A stretch of DNA of 64,000 nt, taken from assembly GCA_017504465.1 (NCBI GenBank), contig JAFVRE010000051.1, positions 5,218 to 69,217 on the forward strand, read 5' to 3'. Positions 38,057-46,686 of the stretch are shown piece by piece. This stretch comes from Clostridia bacterium. GTDB lineage: Bacteria; Bacillota; Clostridia; Christensenellales; Borkfalkiaceae. Positions within the stretch are counted from its first letter, which is position 1; each line of letters starts with the position of its first letter. The notes beneath the pieces were generated by a model, which saw only the letters and a list, made by a program, of their open reading frames with translations, had not been told where the DNA came from and searched no databases. The translations under genes were made by a program, and so were the position numbers.

Positions 38057-38503
38057 ATGAAATTTTTAATCATAAACGGCGTCAACTTAAACTTAACAGG
38101 CAAGCGTGAACAAAACGTTTACGGCACGAATACGCTTGAAGAAATCAACGCGTATATTAAGGCGTACTGCGAAGTGGGTTGCGACCAAGTAGATTTTTAT
38201 CAAAGCAATATCGAAGGCGAGATTTGCAATAAGCTCCACGAGGCGTACTTAAACGGCGGATACGACGGAATTTTATTAAACGCAGGCGCATACACGCACT
38301 ATAGCTATGCCATACGCGACGCGATCGCGGCGATTGATATTCCTGTTGTTGAGGTTCATATGTCCAACGTCCACGCCCGCGAAGAATTCCGCCACACGAG
38401 CGTGCTTTCAGCCGTTTGCAAAGGCACGGTAAGCGGATTTGGCGCAGGAAGCTATATTGCAGGGCTTGTGGGACTTAATGAAGTGCTTACGAAAACGGAA
38501 TAA
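38057..38503 (+). CDS. aroQ: type II 3-dehydroquinate dehydratase
   Basis: INGVNLN(L)TG(K)RE and HMSN(V)HAREEFR motifs. 148 aa. Confidence 0.9.
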   Translation: MKFLIINGVNLNLTGKREQNVYGTNTLEEINAYIKAYCEVGCDQVDFYQSNIEGEICNKLHEAYLNGGYDGILLNAGAYTHYSYAIRDAIAAIDIPVVEVHMSNVHAREEFRHTSVLSAVCKGTVSGFGAGSYIAGLVGLNEVLTKTE

Positions 38504-38524
38504 ACTCTAAAAGGGGAGAAAAAG

Positions 38525-39034
38525 ATGAATTACGTTTTATGCGGAATGCCGGGATCGGGAAAATCGGCGCTCGGGAAAAGAATAGCGGCTTTAGCAGGTA
38601 TGGAATGGGTGGACGTTGACGACGTCATTACCTCTAAATACGGTGAAATCCCATTGCTGTTTTCTGAGCGCGGCGAAGTATATTTTCGTTCCTTGGAAAC
38701 GGTAGAGATCGCGGAACTTTGCAAGCGCGACGGAATCGTTTTATCGACGGGTGGCGGCGCGGTTTTACGTAAAAAGAACGTCGAACTGCTCAAAGAAAAC
38801 GGAAAAATTCTCTATTTGAAAGCGAGCGTAGAAACGCTCACCGAGCGGCTTTTCGACGACGTCGAACGTCCAATTTTAAAGGGCGACGATCCGCTCGAAG
38901 AAACGGTAGCAAGAATTTTACACGAGCGCGCACCCGTGTACGAGGAAATCGCCGATTATATCCTTGAAGTAGATAGAAGAAGCAAAGAAGAAAACGCCAA
39001 ACTTGCGTTGGCGTTGTTTGAAGGTGAAAAATAA
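38525..39034 (+). CDS. aroK: shikimate kinase
   Basis: P-loop GMPGSGKS, STGGG motif. Confidence 0.85.
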   Translation: MNYVLCGMPGSGKSALGKRIAALAGMEWVDVDDVITSKYGEIPLLFSERGEVYFRSLETVEIAELCKRDGIVLSTGGGAVLRKKNVELLKENGKILYLKASVETLTERLFDDVERPILKGDDPLEETVARILHERAPVYEEIADYILEVDRRSKEENAKLALALFEGEK

Positions 39035-39035
39035 A

Positions 39036-39731
39036 ATGAAAACGGTATTGATAACGGGCGGTACGCGCGGCATAGGCAAAGCAATTGTAACCGCTTTCCA
39101 AAAAAAAGGGTATCGAGTAGCGGTGACTTATTCCAAAGACGATAAATCCGCAACGGAAGCTAAGCAAGCAGGCTTGGAAGTCTATCGCGCAGACGTACGC
39201 GACGAGAATGCGATAACGGAACTTTTTAAAAAGCTTGGCGCGGTAGATATTCTTATAAACAATGCAGGCGTGTCGCTTGTCAAGCAAATCCAAGACACCA
39301 CGAAAGAAGAATGGGACGATTTATTCGCTGTCAACGTCACGGGCGCATTCCTGTGCGCAAGAGAAGCGGCGAAAACGATGATCTCCAACCAAAGCGGTTT
39401 GATTATTAATATTTCGTCTATTTGGGGCGAAGTGGGGGGGAGCTGCGAAGTGGCGTATTCGGCAAGCAAAGGCGCGCTGATCGCGTTTACAAAAGCGCTT
39501 GCAAAAGAACTTGCCCCCTCAAAAATCCGCGTGAACTGCATTTCCCCCGGCGCAATCCAAACGCAAATGAACGCCTGTTTTTCCAAAGACGAGATTCAAG
39601 CCCTTGAAGAAGAAATCCACATCGGGAGAATGGGGTTTCCCGAAGAAGTCGCTTCAGCGGCGTTGTTCCTTGAAGAAAACGAGTACGTTACAGGCATCGA
39701 TTTAGCCGTCAACGGCGGATTTTGTCTTTGA
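39036..39731 (+). CDS. short-chain dehydrogenase/reductase (FabG-like)
   Basis: TGGTRGIGKA cofactor loop, NNAG, catalytic YSASK. Confidence 0.85.
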   Translation: MKTVLITGGTRGIGKAIVTAFQKKGYRVAVTYSKDDKSATEAKQAGLEVYRADVRDENAITELFKKLGAVDILINNAGVSLVKQIQDTTKEEWDDLFAVNVTGAFLCAREAAKTMISNQSGLIINISSIWGEVGGSCEVAYSASKGALIAFTKALAKELAPSKIRVNCISPGAIQTQMNACFSKDEIQALEEEIHIGRMGFPEEVASAALFLEENEYVTGIDLAVNGGFCL

Positions 39732-39747
39732 AAATTAACGTTCATCT

Positions 39748-39757
39748 CATACCTGCC
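39748..39757 (-). repeat. intergenic copy of the word (reverse orientation) in the convergent spacer after the SDR gene
   Basis: Reverse complement GGGCAGGTATGAGATGAA is close to the aroE copy GGGCAGGTACGAGATGAA. Confidence 0.9.
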
Positions 39758-39778
39758 CTATGTATAACGCATACACGC

Positions 39779-40135
39779 TTATCTGTTTTTAAAATAATTT
39801 TGCAAACAACGCTCGATAAATTCGTCCGCAATGCCTTCGGTGGCGGTGGACGGATTTTTTTCTTGCTTAGTTTCGTTATGGGAAGCGGAATTCACTGGCT
39901 TTTCGTTGCAGGCGTTGGAATTTTTCGTTTTCGTTTGATTTTGCTCGCAAGAACCATTTTCCTTATCGTTTTTTTGATTAAACAAAGAAAACATTTCCGA
40001 AAAATGCGAAAGCTCGTTCATAAATTTCAAAATTTCTTCGGAATTTTTCAAACTCCCGAAAATAGGCTTCATGCTTTGCGAAAAATCAGGGTGCTGAGAA
40101 AGATAATATAAACAAAAAAGAAAGATGATTTCCAT
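39779..40135 (-). CDS. hypothetical protein, polar low-complexity centre
   Basis: Third-position codon usage (acg, tcg, gcc, ggc) resembles the core genes, unlike the overlapping + strand ORF. No clear SD. Confidence 0.4.
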   Translation of the reverse strand: MEIIFLFCLYYLSQHPDFSQSMKPIFGSLKNSEEILKFMNELSHFSEMFSLFNQKNDKENGSCEQNQTKTKNSNACNEKPVNSASHNETKQEKNPSTATEGIADEFIERCLQNYFKNR

Positions 40136-40219
40136 ACCACAGTATATGAAAGGAGTAGCACAAAAATTTCCAAGCGGAATAGAATAGTAGAGAAGAAATT
40201 AAAGGAGCGCAACAAAAAC

Positions 40220-40525
40220 ATGAAAACTTTTAAAAACTACTCGCCCGAACAATCGCCTCCCATAAATACTGTGGATAGAGAGCAACCTTCTTCGCCCGTT
40301 TCGCCTGATATTGAGAACTTTGCAAAGCAAATGCTTGGTCAATACGAAGGCAAAAGCGGTATGGAAATGTTCCGCGCGCTTTTACGGCAAGCGGAAGAAT
40401 CCAAGCGCGCAGGTACGCTCACGAACGAACAAATCGACGAATTTTATGAGCAATTTTCCCCCATGTTAAACAGTATTCAACGCAAAAAACTCCAAGAAAT
40501 TATTTCAGATTTGAAAAAGTTATAA
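40220..40525 (+). CDS. hypothetical 101-aa protein
   Basis: AAAGGAG about 13 nt upstream. Helical C-terminal half. No family recognised. Confidence 0.5.
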   Translation: MKTFKNYSPEQSPPINTVDREQPSSPVSPDIENFAKQMLGQYEGKSGMEMFRALLRQAEESKRAGTLTNEQIDEFYEQFSPMLNSIQRKKLQEIISDLKKL

Positions 40526-40610
40526 TCTCTTTTGCCAACTCACTTTCTCGCCGTAAGCTCCGCGCTCGCCAAAAGCGCGCCTTGCGGCGTTTTCTGATTT
40601 AAAAATCATA

Positions 40611-40640
40611 AAAAAAGACGGACGAAAATTACGCACCGTC
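40611..40640 (-). terminator. rho-independent terminator of the small XRE gene (overlaps its stop codon)
   Basis: Minus strand reads gacggtgcgtaattttcgtccgtc followed by a T7 run. Confidence 0.75.
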
Positions 40641-40851
40641 AATCATTTATTGAAAAAAGCTCGTTCGGAGTTACGTCAAATAAATCGCAAAGGAACAAAA
40701 TTTGTTCATAATTAAGCTGAAACACACCGTTTTCAAAGCGACTATACTGCTGTTGGGTCATTTTCATCTGCGAAGCAACTTCTCTTTGTGTAAGCCCTTT
40801 AAATTTTCTTGCCTCTTTTAAATTGTTCCCGATTATCTTAGATATTTCCAT
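40639..40851 (-). CDS. small XRE/Cro-CI-type HTH transcriptional regulator (70 aa; start at MEISKIIG)
   Basis: HTH segment LKEARKFKGLTQREVASQMKMTQQQYSRFENG. Extended -10 TGGTATATT ends 6 nt before the ATG and there is no SD. Confidence 0.8.
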   Translation of the reverse strand: MEISKIIGNNLKEARKFKGLTQREVASQMKMTQQQYSRFENGVFQLNYEQILFLCDLFDVTPNELFSIND

Positions 40852-40861
40852 ACTAAAAATA

Positions 40862-40910
40862 TACCACAAAATGATGTAAAAATACTTGACATACATCACA
40901 AAATGGTGTA
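40862..40910 (+). promoter_or_regulatory. two copies of a candidate operator, TACnnCACAAAATGnTGTA, overlapping divergent promoters
   Basis: taccacaaaatgatgta at 40862-40878 and tacatcacaaaatggtgta at 40892-40910. The second covers the spacer and -10 of the + strand promoter TTGACA(40886)-17-TACTAT(40909). Confidence 0.5.
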
Positions 40911-41025
40911 CTATTTATTTAACAATGGGGGGTAGAAACAGCCAAAGTATAAAAAAATAGAAGCGAAAATGCCATATTTATAGAAGGAAAAATAGGCGTT
41001 TTTATTATAAATTAATCTAAATCAT

Positions 41026-41054
41026 TTGACATTACGATATAGGAGTGCTACAAT
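41026..41054 (+). promoter_or_regulatory. consensus-like promoter of the LRR lipoprotein genes
   Basis: TTGACA, 17-nt spacer, TACAAT. Confidence 0.65.
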
Positions 41055-41184
41055 AAATGTACAAGCGCATACTCGGCGATTAAAATTGTTTAATAAGGAA
41101 CATTGTCAAAACTTTTGACGGAGCTGGAAAACAAATTCAATTGAAAAGCCGAGAAAACATTATAAAAAGGAGAACGTTAGCTGA

Positions 41185-42738
41185 ATGAAAAAAGAAATCT
41201 TACAACTTAATGAGAAAAACACTTGCAACTGCGAGCACCAAAAACAACAATTGTTTGCGTCATTAAAGAGTAGGCGTAAAAAAATCCTTGCGCTTGGAGG
41301 AATTTTCTGTGCTCTTGTTGGTAGCGCATCACTCCTTACATTTACGGGGTGCGATTCGCAGGGCGATTCAATCGGTTGTATCTTTGAATTGTCTGAAAAT
41401 AGGAGATATTACGTAGTGGCAGGCGCGAAAGATCAAGATATTAAGGAAATAGTTATCCCTGCTACCTACAAGTTGAAACCAGTAAAAGAAATTAAGGAAG
41501 AAGCTTTCATGAACTTTGATAGCTTAACGAGCGTAAAAATTCCCGATAGCATAACTGTTATTCGAGAGTTGGCGTTCTTTGGTTGCAATAGCCTAGTTGA
41601 TGTGAAAATCCCTAATAGTGTAACTACGATAGGTCAACAAGCGCTTAGTTATTGCGATAGCTTAGAGAGTGTGACAATTCCTGACAGTGTAACGACAATA
41701 GGGGATAGTTTGTTCTTTAAGAGCAATAATTTATCGAATGTTAGAATCGGGAAGAATGTACCGGCTCTTCCCAATAATATGTTCAACGGTTGTGAAAAAT
41801 TAGAAAAGGTGGAAATTCCTGATAGTGTAGAAATGATAGATTCGTATGCATTCTATGGTTGTAAAAGCCTGTCGCGTGTAGTAATAGGGAACTGCGTAAC
41901 AACTATTGGGAGATATGCGTTCGCGGGTTGCTCTGAATTAAAAAATATAAAAATCCCTAATAGTGTAACCGCGATTGGCGGGTCGGTGTTTTCTAATTGT
42001 GTTAAATTAGAAAATGTGGAAATTCCTGATAGTGTAGAAATGATAGATTCGTATGCATTCTATGGTTGTAAAAGCCTGTCGCGTGTAGTAATAGGGAACT
42101 GCGTAACAACTATTGGGGGATATGCGTTCGCGGGTTGCTCTGAATTAAAAAATATAAAAATCCCTAATAGTGTAACCGCGATTGGCGGGTCGGTGTTTTC
42201 TAATTGTGTTAAATTAGAAAATGTGGAAATTCCCAATAGGGTTACTTCTATTGGTGATTATGCGTTCAGCGGTTGTGGAAGTTTAACGTCTTTGAAACTT
42301 CCAAGAGCTATTACTACCATTAGCACTGGGCTTTTTGAAGGATGCAGAAATTTAACCAACATAGTAGTCCCCAATAGTGTTGTTTCTATCGATCAAAATG
42401 CGTTCCGTAGGTGTGAAAACTTGACGAGCATAACTTTCCCGGATACTCTTACTTCTATCGGTAGATATGCATTCGATAGATGTAGAAATTTGACAAATAT
42501 AGTCCTTCCTAAAAAGATAGCTACTATTGAAGCCAATGCTTTTGAAGGATGTAACAGTTTGGCAAGTGTATATTATAAAGGCGGGTTTCTTGATTGGACG
42601 CAAATTCGCTTTGAATATGGGAATGATGATTTGATTAACGCAACGCGTTATTACTACAGTGAAAACAAAGAAAACGAGCTTGTGCAAACGGCAAATTATT
42701 GGCATTACGGCAAAAACGGTAATATTGTAATTTGGTGA
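41185..42738 (+). CDS. BspA-type leucine-rich-repeat surface lipoprotein
   Basis: About 23-aa repeats of the form IP.SVT.IG..AF..C..L. Lipobox-like LTFTGC after a hydrophobic segment. C-terminal NYWHY..GNIVIW. Confidence 0.85.
   Translation: MKKEILQLNEKNTCNCEHQKQQLFASLKSRRKKILALGGIFCALVGSASLLTFTGCDSQGDSIGCIFELSENRRYYVVAGAKDQDIKEIVIPATYKLKPVKEIKEEAFMNFDSLTSVKIPDSITVIRELAFFGCNSLVDVKIPNSVTTIGQQALSYCDSLESVTIPDSVTTIGDSLFFKSNNLSNVRIGKNVPALPNNMFNGCEKLEKVEIPDSVEMIDSYAFYGCKSLSRVVIGNCVTTIGRYAFAGCSELKNIKIPNSVTAIGGSVFSNCVKLENVEIPDSVEMIDSYAFYGCKSLSRVVIGNCVTTIGGYAFAGCSELKNIKIPNSVTAIGGSVFSNCVKLENVEIPNRVTSIGDYAFSGCGSLTSLKLPRAITTISTGLFEGCRNLTNIVVPNSVVSIDQNAFRRCENLTSITFPDTLTSIGRYAFDRCRNLTNIVLPKKIATIEANAFEGCNSLASVYYKGGFLDWTQIRFEYGNDDLINATRYYYSENKENELVQTANYWHYGKNGNIVIW
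41809..42222 (+). repeat. two tandem 207-bp copies (three LRR units each) inside the first LRR gene
   Basis: 41809-42015 and 42016-42222 differ at one position by eye (gggagatat versus gggggatat). Confidence 0.9.
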
Positions 42739-42782
42739 AAAATACGCGAATAAAAAAGGGTGTAAGAATAAGAGGTGTATTT

Positions 42783-44528
42783 ATGAAGAGAACGCAAGGA
42801 TCCTGTCAAATTAATGAAGAAAAGTATTGTAACGATAAAAAACAACATTCTCGTTCACATTTAAGAAGACGCAGGAAGATACCGCTTGGCGGAATCGTCT
42901 GTGCAAGTCTTTGCGCGATATTCGTTTTAGCTTTTACGTCATGTACTGGTCTATTTGATTTTTTGAATACAGACTCGAACAATTGTATTTTCAAATTGTC
43001 TATGGACAAAGAATATTACATAGTAACGGGTGTAAAAGATAAAGACGTTACGGAAATTACGATTCCTGATACTTATAGGGGAAAACCAGTAAAAGAAATT
43101 ACGGAAGGCGCGCTTAGCGGGTGTAGTAAGTTGATTGATTTAACGTTGCCGTTTGTTGGGTTGGGCGAAGGATCTGAAATCAGTGGGATGGCAGGTGTGT
43201 TTGGAGTGGGACGTGACTTATATGGTACGTACTATTCAGTAGGGTATAGGGACTACCAAATTCCGAGTGCGTTGAAAAAAGTAACCGTTACTGGCGGAGA
43301 GATAGGCTCTCGAGCGTTTAAGGGGTGTAGAAACTTAACTCGCATTGTCGTTCCCAACGGGATAACTTCGATTGGTGATTATGCGTTTAAGGAGTGCGAA
43401 AACCTGCAAGAAATTGAAATTCCTGACACTGTAACTTCTATTGCTAATGGAGCGTTTGAGGATTGTAAAAGTTTAGAGAGTATAAAAATTCCAGATGGAG
43501 TAACTTCTATCAGTAACGGGGTGTTTGAAGGTTGTGTGAGCTTGAATAGTATAGAAATTCCAGATGGAGTAACTTGTATTGAAGGGTGGGCGTTTGCTCA
43601 TTGCGAAAGCTTGAAAGAAATTGAAATCCCTAACAGTGTAACGGCTATTGGCCAGCATGCATTTAATAGCTGTAAAACATTGAAGACTGTTACGATTCCT
43701 GACGGGGTAACCGTAATTGAGTTGAGTACGTTCGAAAATTGCTATAGTTTGAAGAGCGTTATGATTCCTGACGGGGTAACTGCAATCGGCGGGGGAGCCT
43801 TTGATGGTTGTGGTGAATTAAGGGGCATACGGTTACCTGACGGCTTAACTTCTATTGGATATAGCGCGTTCAAAGATTGTCATGCTCTAAAAGAGATACG
43901 TATTCCAGATGGGGTAAATTCTATCGAAAGGTGGGCGTTCATAGGGGCTAAAAACTTGGCGAATGTTCTACTCCCTAACGGCTTAACTTCTATCGGTAGT
44001 ATGGCTTTTATGGGCTGTATCGGATTAGAGAATATACAATTGCCTAACACCCTGACCTCTATCGGCGATAATGCATTCACAATGAGTGGTTTGACGAGTA
44101 TTGAGATTCCCAACAGTGTAACTTCTATCGGTCAGAATGCATTTGAAAGTTGTAAAGGTTTAAGTAGTGTAATAATACCCAGCAGTGTGACTTCTATTGG
44201 ACGGAGCGCTTTTGGATATTGCAGTGGTTTGACGAGAGTTGTAATATACGCTCGCATAACGGCACTTGGGGATCAATTCCAGGGATGTGAGAACTTGACG
44301 AGTATTATAATTCCTGATAGTATAACGTCTATCTCTTATAGCGCGTTTGAATTTTGCGATAAGTTGACCAACATATATTATGAAGGAACGAAAAGCGACT
44401 GGGCTAATATATCGGGGTCTTCGAACTCAAAATTAAACTCTATGACGTATTGTTACAGTGAAACCGCGCCGACGGAAGACGGGAATTATTGGCATTATAG
44501 CCCCAAAGGCAATATTGTAGTTTGGTAA
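42783..44528 (+). CDS. BspA-type leucine-rich-repeat surface lipoprotein, paralog (start at the ATG after AGAGGTG)
   Basis: Same repeat type, lipobox-like LAFTSC, C-terminal NYWHYSPKGNIVVW. Confidence 0.85.
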   Translation: MKRTQGSCQINEEKYCNDKKQHSRSHLRRRRKIPLGGIVCASLCAIFVLAFTSCTGLFDFLNTDSNNCIFKLSMDKEYYIVTGVKDKDVTEITIPDTYRGKPVKEITEGALSGCSKLIDLTLPFVGLGEGSEISGMAGVFGVGRDLYGTYYSVGYRDYQIPSALKKVTVTGGEIGSRAFKGCRNLTRIVVPNGITSIGDYAFKECENLQEIEIPDTVTSIANGAFEDCKSLESIKIPDGVTSISNGVFEGCVSLNSIEIPDGVTCIEGWAFAHCESLKEIEIPNSVTAIGQHAFNSCKTLKTVTIPDGVTVIELSTFENCYSLKSVMIPDGVTAIGGGAFDGCGELRGIRLPDGLTSIGYSAFKDCHALKEIRIPDGVNSIERWAFIGAKNLANVLLPNGLTSIGSMAFMGCIGLENIQLPNTLTSIGDNAFTMSGLTSIEIPNSVTSIGQNAFESCKGLSSVIIPSSVTSIGRSAFGYCSGLTRVVIYARITALGDQFQGCENLTSIIIPDSITSISYSAFEFCDKLTNIYYEGTKSDWANISGSSNSKLNSMTYCYSETAPTEDGNYWHYSPKGNIVVW

Positions 44529-44669
44529 AAAGACGGATTCTTTGAAAAGAAAAAATATAGAAATCAATTTAAAAAATACAAACGGCGGCGGAGAGTTTTC
44601 CGCCACCGAAATTTTTAGCAAAATTCCCCAAAAAACTCCAAAAAAAACGCAAAAAGCGATAAAAAACGG

Positions 44670-44698
44670 TTGCAATAGTTTGTAGGTTATGGTAAAAT
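44670..44698 (+). promoter_or_regulatory. promoter of rpsB-tsf
   Basis: TTGCAA, 17-nt spacer, TGG-TAAAAT. Confidence 0.6.
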
Positions 44699-44814
44699 AG
44701 AAAGGCTGAAAATTCACACTCGGTTATTGTGCGTAATCCGTGTCCGTAAAATCTTTCAATGCGGATAAGTTACGAGCCAACGCAAGCCGAGGCGGAAAAA
44801 CGGAGGTTTGAATT

Positions 44815-45576
44815 ATGGCAGTTATCACTATGAAACAGCTTTTAGAAGCAGGCGTACACTTTGGTCACCAAACCAGAAAGTGGAATCCCAAAATGAAGAA
44901 GTACATCTTCGCAGCAAGAAACGACATTCACATTATCGACTTGCAAATCACGGCTAACTTGATCGAAGAAGCGTACAAATTCGTTTGCGAAAGCGTAAAA
45001 GCAGGCAAGAGCGTACTTTTCGTAGGTACGAAGAAGCAAGCTCAAGAAGCAATCAAAGAAGAAGCGGAAAGATGCGGACAATATTACGTAAATTCCCGTT
45101 GGCTTGGCGGCTGCTTGACCAACTTCAAGACGATGAGATCGAGAGTTGAAAGACTTGAAAAGCTCGAAGCAATGGAAGCAAACGGCGATTTCGACCTTTT
45201 GCCCAAGAAAGAAGTAATGCTTCTCAAAAAAGAAATGGGAAAACTTCAAACGAATCTTGGCGGTATCAAGAAGATGAAGGCAATGCCCGGCGTTATGTTC
45301 GTTGTAGATCCCCACAACGAAGACATCGCAATCAAGGAAGCAAAGAAGCTTGGCATCAAGATCGTAGCAATCACGGACACGAACTGTGATCCCGACGTTG
45401 TAGATTACGTAATCCCCGGCAACGACGACGCAATCCGTGCAATCAAATTAATCGCAAGCGTAATGGCAAATGCAGTAATCGAAGCAAACCAAGGCGAAGA
45501 AGCGGTAGCGCAAGAAGTAGAAGCAAAAGAAGTTGCAACGGATATCGAAGAAGTAGTTGCAAGCGAAAACGCATAA
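44815..45576 (+). CDS. rpsB: 30S ribosomal protein S2
   Basis: [20 protein letters not shown]-terminus is diagnostic. Confidence 0.96.
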   Translation: MAVITMKQLLEAGVHFGHQTRKWNPKMKKYIFAARNDIHIIDLQITANLIEEAYKFVCESVKAGKSVLFVGTKKQAQEAIKEEAERCGQYYVNSRWLGGCLTNFKTMRSRVERLEKLEAMEANGDFDLLPKKEVMLLKKEMGKLQTNLGGIKKMKAMPGVMFVVDPHNEDIAIKEAKKLGIKIVAITDTNCDPDVVDYVIPGNDDAIRAIKLIASVMANAVIEANQGEEAVAQEVEAKEVATDIEEVVASENA

Positions 45577-45623
45577 GCGTATAAAACCAAACTAAAAAAT
45601 CAAATCGAATAGGAGAAAAAATT

Positions 45624-46523
45624 ATGGCATTCACTGCAAAAGACGTAATGGCGCTCCGTGAAAAGACCGGCGCAGGCGTAATGGATTGTAAAAAGGCATT
45701 GACGGACGCAGACGGCGATATGACGAAAGCTGCAGAACTCTTGAGAGAAAGAGGCATCGCGAAAGCAGATAAGAAAGCATCGAGAATCGCAGCAGAAGGT
45801 ATCGTAGCATGCTACGTAGAAGGCAACGTAGGCGTTCTTATCGAAATCAACTGCGAATCTGACTTCGTAGCAAAGAACCCTCGTTTCACTGAAATCGCAA
45901 ACGAAATTGCAAAGGTAGTCGTAGCAAAGAACCCTGCAGACGTAGAAACGTTGCTTAGCTCGGAAATCGAAGGCGCAGCAAACGTAGAAGAATACTTGAA
46001 GAGCCAAATCGCAGTAATCGGCGAAAAGATCGCAATTAGAAGATTCACGAGATATGAAACGGCAGGCTTTGTAGAAAGCTATATCCACCTTGGCGGCAAG
46101 CTCGGCGTAATGCTCGATATGGCAGGCGCAGCAGACGAAACGACGAAGTCGGTTGCACACGAAGTAACCCTTCAAATCGCATTCACAAAACCTAGCTACT
46201 TGACTGAAGCAGAAGTTCCCACAGAAGTTCTTGAAAAGGAAAAGGAAGTATTGAAGCAACAAGCAATGAACGAAGGCAAACCCGAAGCTATCGCAGAAAA
46301 GATGGTAATGGGCAGAATCAAGAAGTTCTACGAAGAAAACTGCTTGCTTAAGCAAGCGTTCATCAAGGACGACAAGCAAACGATTGCAGGCCTTTTGAAA
46401 GCAGCAAACAACGCTGAAATCAACCGTTTCACGTTCTACGTAATGGGCGAAGGCTTGGAAAAGAAGAGCGAAGACTTGAGCGAAGAAGTAGCAAAACAAG
46501 TTGCAGCAGCAAAGAACAACTAA
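45624..46523 (+). CDS. tsf: translation elongation factor Ts
   Basis: LREKTGAGVMDCKKAL N-terminal UBA-like motif. Follows rpsB. Confidence 0.96.
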   Translation: MAFTAKDVMALREKTGAGVMDCKKALTDADGDMTKAAELLRERGIAKADKKASRIAAEGIVACYVEGNVGVLIEINCESDFVAKNPRFTEIANEIAKVVVAKNPADVETLLSSEIEGAANVEEYLKSQIAVIGEKIAIRRFTRYETAGFVESYIHLGGKLGVMLDMAGAADETTKSVAHEVTLQIAFTKPSYLTEAEVPTEVLEKEKEVLKQQAMNEGKPEAIAEKMVMGRIKKFYEENCLLKQAFIKDDKQTIAGLLKAANNAEINRFTFYVMGEGLEKKSEDLSEEVAKQVAAAKNN

Positions 46524-46542
46524 TCATCGAGTAAATACTCAA

Positions 46543-46577
46543 CCCCCGAATTTCCTTTCGAAATTCGGGGGTTTTTC
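46543..46577 (+). terminator. rho-independent terminator after tsf
   Basis: 12-bp stem cccccgaatttc/gaaattcggggg followed by a T5 run. Confidence 0.9.
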
Positions 46578-46630
46578 TATGCGTAAAAGGCAGTGATAGG
46601 GTGCAGGGAATTCCATATTTAATCATTAAA

Positions 46631-46660
46631 AAAGTCGGACGATTCCTCGCCCGACTTTTC
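46631..46660 (-). terminator. terminator of the minus-strand surface-protein operon (A/T runs on both sides)
   Basis: Stem gtcgg/ccgac with extensions, flanked by an A-run and a T-run. Confidence 0.65.
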
Positions 46661-46686
46661 CGTTATTGAGTTTTAGCATTAAGGGC

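Noticed and set aside
39722-40111. 129-aa + strand ORF overlapping the minus-strand hypothetical gene.
   Set aside because: It begins inside the end of the SDR gene and is rich in Phe/Ile/Arg, as expected for the antisense of an AAA/GAA-rich gene. The minus-strand frame has codon usage closer to the core genes. Both remain low confidence.
45600-46499. 299-aa ORF on the minus strand, exactly antisense to tsf and the same length.
   Set aside because: Its Cys/Phe-rich sequence has no family resemblance and no ribosome-binding site. The sense strand encodes an unmistakable EF-Ts. Long antisense ORFs are a known by-product of strong codon bias in highly expressed genes.
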